From an uncultured delta proteobacterium (GTDB lineage: Bacteria; Bdellovibrionota; FAC87; UBA2466), in NCBI GenBank assembly GCA_963778115.1, contig CAVZSV010000001.1:96001-160000 (forward strand): a DNA stretch of 64,000 bases, written 5' to 3'. The notes beneath the pieces were generated by a model. It saw only the letters and a program-made list of their open reading frames with translations, made no database searches and was not told the origin of the DNA. Below are positions 57,750-64,000 of this stretch, in pieces. Positions within the stretch are counted from its first letter, which is position 1; each line of letters opens with the position of its first letter. The position numbers were made by a program, and so were the translations under genes.

Positions 57750-58027
57750 AGGGGAAAAATATGTATCTGGCCTTCAAAGAAAAAATGAATTCGCTTCGCC
57801 ACGATGAATTTGAGCGCCACCAATTTATGAATCGACTCCAGACTGGATTCGTAGCGGCATTTTGGATCGGACTGAGTGTGGTCCTTTTGTACGTCGGCCA
57901 TGAAAAAGAACTTCGAGAAAGGGCGGCGTTCAAACCTCCCACAATTCCGGAGCTCTCTCAACCGTCACAAGTAGTAACACCACCAACGATATTGAAAGGA
58001 CCATCGCATGGAAATCGACAAAATTGA
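57746..58027 (+). CDS. Small single-TM hypothetical protein
   Basis: In tight operon upstream of the pilin gene. Confidence 0.5.
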   Translation: MKGKNMYLAFKEKMNSLRHDEFERHQFMNRLQTGFVAAFWIGLSVVLLYVGHEKELRERAAFKPPTIPELSQPSQVVTPPTILKGPSHGNRQN

Positions 58028-58217
58028 TTGGGGAACCGTCCTAGAGACGGAAAAGAAGGAACGTAGCCTCTTATTCAACATCTTGAGCGATCCTCATCTG
58101 TACCTGTGCCTCATCCTTCTCATCATGATGGTCATGATGACGGTGGTCTCCTGTTCCAGTGTCGGGTCTGCACCTCCCCCGACACTGGAACGGGTTGAAC
58201 GTGAAATTCGAAGGTAA
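58008..58217 (+). CDS. Small TM/lipoprotein-like protein
   Basis: AAAGGA RBS; hydrophobic stretch ending VVSC. Confidence 0.55.
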   Translation: MEIDKIDWGTVLETEKKERSLLFNILSDPHLYLCLILLIMMVMMTVVSCSSVGSAPPPTLERVEREIRR

Positions 58218-58231
58218 CAAAAGGAGAAACG

Positions 58232-58513
58232 ATGAAACGACCTTATCTGTACTTGCTCCTGTTCATGGTTCTGTATCTGGGGTTCCCAGCGATTGGGTAT
58301 TGCAGCGTGGAATCTACGCTGGGTGCAATCCAGAACCGACTCATTACTACGATTCTGCCCTTGGCCAGCATTTTGGGACTTGTCTACGCAGGGCTGTCAT
58401 TTGCGGCGGGATCTCAGAACGCAAGAAATCACCTAATTCTCGCGATTATTGGCGCGGTAGTGGGATTCGGTGCGCCCAGTATCATCGCCTTTATCCAAAG
58501 CATGGTTCAGTGA
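58232..58513 (+). CDS. VirB2/TrbC-like conjugative pilin
   Basis: Leader plus two hydrophobic helices; position before virB3/virB4-like genes. Confidence 0.75.
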   Translation: MKRPYLYLLLFMVLYLGFPAIGYCSVESTLGAIQNRLITTILPLASILGLVYAGLSFAAGSQNARNHLILAIIGAVVGFGAPSIIAFIQSMVQ

Positions 58514-58525
58514 AGGGAGAGCAAG

Positions 58526-58840
58526 ATGCGAGTAGCCCAAGTCAGCAAATGTCTGGATAAGCGGCTCATGCTGTTCGGATTTGAAATTATGGATCTACTC
58601 GCGATCTTTCTTGTTCTTTCGGTTCTGAACTTCGTCTTTGGGGGAATGGCACTCAAGATATTTTGCGTTTGGCTACCCACGGCGCTCTTAGCCGCGCTTT
58701 TACGTTTCGGAAAACGCAACAAACCAGACAAGTTTCTAGTTCACTGGCTTAGGTTTCAAATTCGACCGGGATATTACTCGGCGTTTGCCCAGCCCAGTGA
58801 ATTTGAACCATGTCCTCGAATTAAAGGATTAACAAAATGA
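58526..58840 (+). CDS. VirB3/TraL-like T4SS membrane protein
   Basis: LD…LFGFE…2 TM…KPDKFLVH; sits between pilin and VirB4. Confidence 0.65.
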   Translation: MRVAQVSKCLDKRLMLFGFEIMDLLAIFLVLSVLNFVFGGMALKIFCVWLPTALLAALLRFGKRNKPDKFLVHWLRFQIRPGYYSAFAQPSEFEPCPRIKGLTK

Positions 58841-61243
58841 CTCCACTTGCAGACATTTTACAGGTTTGGGGATTTGAAGGAGGAAAGATCATTTTCTCGG
58901 ATGGCTCTTTGGGATTCGCTCTCAAATTGTCACCGCTGGATGCGACCACCTGGGATGACGCCAAGATCGACAAGCTAGCCCAAAACATCTCGACCTTTCT
59001 AAATGGACTTCCCTCCGACCTAGATCTTCAATTTATTCAAGATATCACTCCGGCCTCCAAGGTGATCGTTGAGAGGTTTAGTGCGCTCGGGAACAATGCG
59101 AGCGATGCCACAGCTAAAGCGTTGCACGACGAAAGATGTGCGCGTCTTAGAGAGGAAATAGACGGCGCGACACTTCCCGAACAACATTTGAAGCTCTTTG
59201 TCAGACGCCCAATTCCAAAAGGGGCATTCAACAAACCGCGTTTTTTCTCCCGTCCCAAGCTGTTTGAGCCAATGGCAAAGGAGGTTTTTGCTCGGGAACT
59301 CAATTTTCTTCGCCATGTTGAGAATGAAACTATCAACTCCCTCACAACTCTGGGTGTTAAAGCGGAGGCTATTCCGGAGAAAGAGATTGCGGAACTAGTC
59401 TATCGCCAGTGGAACCCATTCAGGCGCGAGCACATTGAAACCTATGACGCCGATGATCTCCGGCCTTCGCTTCTCTTCACGGACGTGGCGGTCTACGAAA
59501 AGGGATTTTCCATCGGGGGTATGCATTACCGAGTCGTATCCCTGAAACTCATGCCCGATTGCACGTATGCCTCTATGGCGAAAGCCTTGGAAGGACTCCC
59601 CTTCGGTTCGCGCCTTCACCTTTCGATCCATGTTCCTGATCAAACCAAGGAACTAGAAAGCCTCCAAGGCCAGCGCCGCCTGGCGTTCTCCATGGCTAGG
59701 GGCAAGAAGGAAGGCGTCTCGGACATTGAAAGTGAGGCGAAGCTACAGGACCTTGAGACGCTGATTGAGGAACTGGTTGCCCAAGGCGAGAAGGTCTTTA
59801 ACGTTAGTCTCTCCGTCATTCTGAAGTCTGAAAGCGAGGAGAGCCTCCGGAATCAGGTCTCTGAAACGATCGCGGTTATTCGCTCCCTCTCCGGTGCCGA
59901 GGCGATGGAAGAGAGTTTGGCGTCCTTCGATATTTTCTCAGAGGCGGCTCTTCCGAATGCGAGAGGTAAGGAGCGTTCAAGAAGGGTTAAGACGTCCAAT
60001 CTAGCCGACTTAATCCCATTTTTTGGACCGTGGGCTGGCTTTGAAACGCCCAGAATCATCCTTCGCACACGCGATACAGGACTTTTTTCGATGGATCCGT
60101 TTGCGAAGGAGCTCCCTAATTACAACCAAATCGTTGCCGGTGGGTCGGGAAGTGGAAAAAGCTTCTTAACTAATATCCTCCTCCTTCAGACCCTCAAGGA
60201 AAATCCCGAAGATCTTCATTGTCGACATAGGTGGCTCCTACAAAAAATTATGTGAGAATTTATCGGGCCAATACATTCCTTTTTCCCTATCCGAAGCTTT
60301 CTCTCTCAATCCCTTTGATCTCGCTTCAGGAGAGACCACGCCCAGCCCCGCAAAGATCAAATTTCTCGTGGGCCTCGTAGAAATGATGACGCGGGAAGAT
60401 GAGATGCACAGCATCGGACGATTGGAACGGGCTGAGATTGAAGAGGCGATTCAACAGGTTTACAAAACTCACACAGGACCCCGCCTGTCCCACCTGCGCG
60501 AAGCTCTTCTCAAACATGACTCTGAATACCTGCGCCGATTCGGCAAGATCCTGGGCTCTTGGTGTGGCGATTCCCCGTACGGACAGATGGTTGATCGAAG
60601 CACTACCGTTAATCTTGAAAGATCTACCGTCTGTTTTGACCTGAAGGGCCTCGAAACGCACCCTGATCTGCAGGCTGTGTGTTTGTACCTCATTACCGAT
60701 TTCGTATGGCGAGAGGTCCAAAGAGATCGCAGCACGATGAAGTTCATGGTTTTCGACGAATGTTGGAAACTTTTGGAGAACCCCTCAGGCAGTGCATTCA
60801 TCGCTGAAGTATTTCGGACATTCCGAAAATACTACGCCTCTGCGATCGCTATTTCACAGAACATTGACGATTTTGCGAAATCGAAAGTCTCGCAGGCGAT
60901 TCTCTCAAATACATCGATTAAGTGGATTCTGATGCAACGAGGGGCTGATGAGGAACGGCTTAAAGAGGTCCTGCATCTCAACGCCACTGAAGCTGCGCTG
61001 ATTTCCTCTCTTCACCAGGCCAGAGGGGAATACTCCGAAGCCTTTCTGATGGCTGAAGATCACCGAGTCGTGGTTCGCATCATGCCAACACCACTCGAAT
61101 ACTGGATCGCTACGACCGATCCGAGAGACTTGTCATTACTCCATAAAGAAATGGCATCAGGCAAACCTGCCATTGAGATCCTAAGAGAACTTGCGGTCCG
61201 TTATCCCCAAGGTGTCGCGGCACAGAAGGAGGAGACGGCATGA
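58837..61243 (+). pseudogene. virB4: VirB4/TraC-family ATPase split by a 1-nt frameshift near 60205
   Basis: Walker A GGSGSGKS in ORF 58837..60255; KIFIVDIGGSY continues from 60209 in the frame of 60368..61243, which has Walker B FMVFDECW and RTFRKY. Confidence 0.88.
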
Positions 61244-61926
61244 AAAGGCGAATTTTCCCAATTTTGGCTGCTCTATTAATGCTTAGCCCATCGGTATCTA
61301 GAGCTGACCTCTTTGGAGGTGATGTTGCGGTCCTCACGCAAATACTTGCCCAGGCGATCATGCAGCTTCAGCAGTTGCGTAGTATCTTATCGACCGGGTC
61401 CGACACACTGGACCTTATCCGTCAAATCAACCAAGGAATAAACGACTCGCTGAATCTCATTAAGGGCATTAACCCGAATCTTGATCCCGGACTTTATCGC
61501 GACTGGGCAGATCCAAACTCAGGTCTTCAACACGTTCAAGAACTCTACGGGGGAGCTGTCGATAGCCCAGAGGTGAAAATCCAGCGGGATGCCGACCAGA
61601 GCGTCGCCGAAGCCGTCAGTTTCAATAACGACTTCTACAAGTGGAGCACCCAACTCGATCAAGTTGGACAGAACATAAAAGACTATAGCCATCAAGCCTC
61701 TCCAGGTGGCGCTCAGAAACTAACTGCGCAAGCCTTGGGCATCGTGATTCAGGTCCTGAATCAAAATCTCCGAGCCCAGGCAACAAGTCTGAAGCTACAA
61801 GCGCAGCAGATGGCGATCCAAAACCACGGAAGCAAGGAAGCCACAAAGGACATCCTAAGTTCAAGCGACAACCTTAAGGCGGCGATGAAAGCGGAAAACA
61901 CGGATTACCAAATCCCTAGATTTTAG
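61240..61926 (+). CDS. TrbJ/VirB5-like T4SS protein
   Basis: Signal peptide, Gln-rich coiled coil, position after virB4. Confidence 0.55.
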   Translation: MKRRIFPILAALLMLSPSVSRADLFGGDVAVLTQILAQAIMQLQQLRSILSTGSDTLDLIRQINQGINDSLNLIKGINPNLDPGLYRDWADPNSGLQHVQELYGGAVDSPEVKIQRDADQSVAEAVSFNNDFYKWSTQLDQVGQNIKDYSHQASPGGAQKLTAQALGIVIQVLNQNLRAQATSLKLQAQQMAIQNHGSKEATKDILSSSDNLKAAMKAENTDYQIPRF

Positions 61927-61936
61927 CGGGTGAACT

Positions 61937-62899
61937 ATGATCGATATGACTTGGCTCTCACAACAGGCAAATACGATACATACGTATTTCACCTCTCTGT
62001 TCTACGTTTTTGCCACGATTTTTCTCATCATCGGTGTGCTAGTTCAATATTTCCAGCTGCCGTCCGGAATAGTTCCCAGTATCGGACCACTTGTAGGCCG
62101 TGTCCTCATCGCAGCCATATTGCTCAATATCTATCCAGAGGTCTCTCATACCGTCGCCGACTTTGCGGATGCCATGGCGACAAAGCTCGGCGACCTAAAC
62201 CAATTCAAGTTCGTTTTGGACAAGATGGGGGACAAACTGCATGAGTTTTCCTGGAATTGGGTCTCTGTAAAGGGGAGCCTGGTCTTGGCGCTTTCCTTCG
62301 TAACGTTCTTTCTTCTCTATTTTTCTGTCCACGTAACCCAAGCATTTCTTATCTATACATGGACCGTTCTTTACGTATTTTCACCTCTTCTCATCGCGCT
62401 CTACATTCTGCCCGCGACGAGCGGTGCAACAAAGGCCCTCTTCCAATCCCTATTTGAGGCAAGCGCTTGGAAGATCGTTTGGGCTGTACTCGCCACCCTT
62501 CTCTGGAGCTCCGGAGTTAGCGGGATCGGCCAACAAAACGTCATCGCGGCTATTTGCTTCAACCTAATACTCGCGGGCTCTCTGGTTTTGACGCCTCTTA
62601 TTGTCCACATGCTCGTAAAGGGTGGAATCTCCTCGATGGCCAATACCGTGGGTAGCGTCGCGGTTGGTGGTCTGACAACTCTGACCCCTGCGAAAGTAGC
62701 CGCCTGGGCATCCTATGCGGGTAAACAAGGTTTCAACCAATCGTTGAACGCGGCAAGCCTCGCCACGACGTCAATTCCACGGGCACAAAAGGCAATTGAG
62801 CAATTGCCCCGCTTCCGGATCCCAGAGCGAAAACCCATTTTCGAGAAAAAAGAAGAGCCGCGCAAGCAATACACGGCCAACAAAAAGGGGGATAAATGA
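61937..62899 (+). CDS. VirB6/TrbL-like polytopic T4SS protein
   Basis: About 6 TM, SPLLIALYILPAT, Gly/Ala-rich tail. Confidence 0.7.
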   Translation: MIDMTWLSQQANTIHTYFTSLFYVFATIFLIIGVLVQYFQLPSGIVPSIGPLVGRVLIAAILLNIYPEVSHTVADFADAMATKLGDLNQFKFVLDKMGDKLHEFSWNWVSVKGSLVLALSFVTFFLLYFSVHVTQAFLIYTWTVLYVFSPLLIALYILPATSGATKALFQSLFEASAWKIVWAVLATLLWSSGVSGIGQQNVIAAICFNLILAGSLVLTPLIVHMLVKGGISSMANTVGSVAVGGLTTLTPAKVAAWASYAGKQGFNQSLNAASLATTSIPRAQKAIEQLPRFRIPERKPIFEKKEEPRKQYTANKKGDK

Positions 62900-63435
62900 A
62901 ATTCACTCAGGCTTGGTCCGAAGTCCTAAACCAAAACACAACGCTCAAAGTCGGGCTTGTCGTCTCCACGGTTTGTACTCTCATCCTCTGTGTGACAGTA
63001 GTACGCCTGGCGATCCGGGAACCACTGATTGTTGAGCGGGAATGCGTCTCAAGAACTCTTCTCCCTGTACAAACGAAACAAACAGCTTCCGAAATCGAGG
63101 CATTTCTCTTTCAAAACCTTTCAAAACGTTTCGATTCCGATGCCGTTGATCCCCGGAACTTTCTTGGTGATGACGAATTCGGATACCGACTCAAAGAGCA
63201 GGAAGATCTGTCACGGAAGGGGATGAAGCAGAAGGTTTTCCCAACCACCGTTACGGTAAGTGAAAAGGGTGCCGTAGTTGAAGCAGACCGGATCTTGAGC
63301 GTAGGGGGTATCCGATCGGATGTTCCCTTTACGCTTGGTATCCAGCTCTCCTCGACCTCGCGGACACCAGGGAATCCCTATGGCCTTCTTATGGAAAAGG
63401 TTTCTCAAGTAACCAAAGAGGAGAAAAAACCATGA
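62896..63435 (+). CDS. VirB8/TraE-like T4SS protein
   Basis: N-terminal TM, C-terminal RTPGNPYGLL. Confidence 0.7.
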   Translation: MKFTQAWSEVLNQNTTLKVGLVVSTVCTLILCVTVVRLAIREPLIVERECVSRTLLPVQTKQTASEIEAFLFQNLSKRFDSDAVDPRNFLGDDEFGYRLKEQEDLSRKGMKQKVFPTTVTVSEKGAVVEADRILSVGGIRSDVPFTLGIQLSSTSRTPGNPYGLLMEKVSQVTKEEKKP

Positions 63436-63803
63436 CTCGCATCTGTCTAGTTCTGGCTCTTATCGGCTCGGTTGCGATGGCATCGCAGGCTCGCACTGTG
63501 TTTCTCACGGACAAGAGGATGGAACCCATCCACGTTGGAACAGGAAGGAGCACAATCCTCTCTTTTCCGGCACACCCCAGCAAAGTGATCATGGGTAGCC
63601 AAGGTCAGTTTGCCATTGAGTTCGTTGAGAACGACCTCGCTATTTCAGCCCTTCGATTAGGCGCTCACTCAAATGTCTTTGTCTATCTTGAGGGAAGACG
63701 CTTCGGGTTTGAACTCGTAACCACTCCAGGGGGAGGAGACGAGATCGTACTCGTCAGAGACAAGGATGATCAGAAGGTAAAGGTGAAAATTAAAAATGAC
63801 TAA
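63432..63803 (+). CDS. VirB9/TrbG-like T4SS protein (short)
   Basis: Signal peptide, G-STILSFP, SNVFV; position in operon. Confidence 0.6.
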   Translation: MTRICLVLALIGSVAMASQARTVFLTDKRMEPIHVGTGRSTILSFPAHPSKVIMGSQGQFAIEFVENDLAISALRLGAHSNVFVYLEGRRFGFELVTTPGGGDEIVLVRDKDDQKVKVKIKND

Positions 63804-64000
63804 CGAACCAAATGTAGAAATTTCATCGGACACTGGTGAAAAGCTCCAATGGGGTAAGAAGCTATTCTTCTTTCAGGACGGCCACAAGCTCACTTTAAAG
63901 AGGAAAGCGGTCTTAGCCTCAGGAGCCCTCATTTTTATTGGAGCATCCATCTTCCAGTGTATTGGGCTTGATTCGCCAGTAATCCCTCACGGGAATTCAT
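63796..64000 (+). CDS. 3'-truncated single-TM protein, positionally VirB10/TrbI-like
   Basis: Open from ATG 63796 to the window end (MTNEPNV…AVLASGALIFIGASIF…); identity from gene order only. Confidence 0.45.
   Translation, partial: MTNEPNVEISSDTGEKLQWGKKLFFFQDGHKLTLKRKAVLASGALIFIGASIFQCIGLDSPVIPHGNS

Larger units (their letters stand above)
24794..64000. mobile_element. ICE-like element, continues beyond the window (possibly composite, with an internal boundary near 32.5 kb)
   Basis: att core and arms at left end, parA-rep, defence block, T4SS operon; integrase and relaxase not in window. Confidence 0.75.

Noticed and set aside
60199..60215. Programmed frameshift in virB4
   Set aside because: No canonical X XXY YYZ slippery heptamer or stimulatory structure recognised; mutation or sequencing error is simpler

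Overview
Bacterial chromosome segment. The gene content looks Bdellovibrionota/Deltaproteobacteria-like, but that is inference only. Positions 1-11.2 kb are host backbone: GH5 hydrolase, trypsin-like protease, an IS481-like remnant, a kinase/receiver pair, a thioesterase, a secreted DUF3883-type nuclease, DoxX flanked by twin hairpins, and a four-helix-bundle gene. From 11197 to the window end lies a stack of integrated elements, marked by three copies of a tRNA 3'-end (Asp-like) att core, each followed 133-136 bp later by paired GTCCC(A/G) arm-type repeats. Segment 1 (11.2-18.9 kb) carries PPK2, a P3A H+-ATPase and an arsenic operon led by a MerR-family regulator rather than ArsR. Segment 2 (18.9-24.8 kb) carries an excisionase, a HigBA-like toxin-antitoxin pair and a Thoeris-like cluster (three TIRs, a membrane-anchored SLOG, a tandem SLATT effector and a DRHyd/TPR protein). 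Segment 3 (24.8 kb to beyond the end) is an ICE-like element. It holds sensing and stress cargo, a parA-rep module with an intragenic palindromic repeat array and likely origin, a defence block (DUF2779, McrBC, radical SAM, ASCH, atypical MTase, second McrBC), a sigma54 regulator-kinase pair and a T4SS operon with a frameshifted virB4. No intact tRNA, integrase, relaxase or CRISPR array is visible. All family calls come from motif recognition, not database searches.
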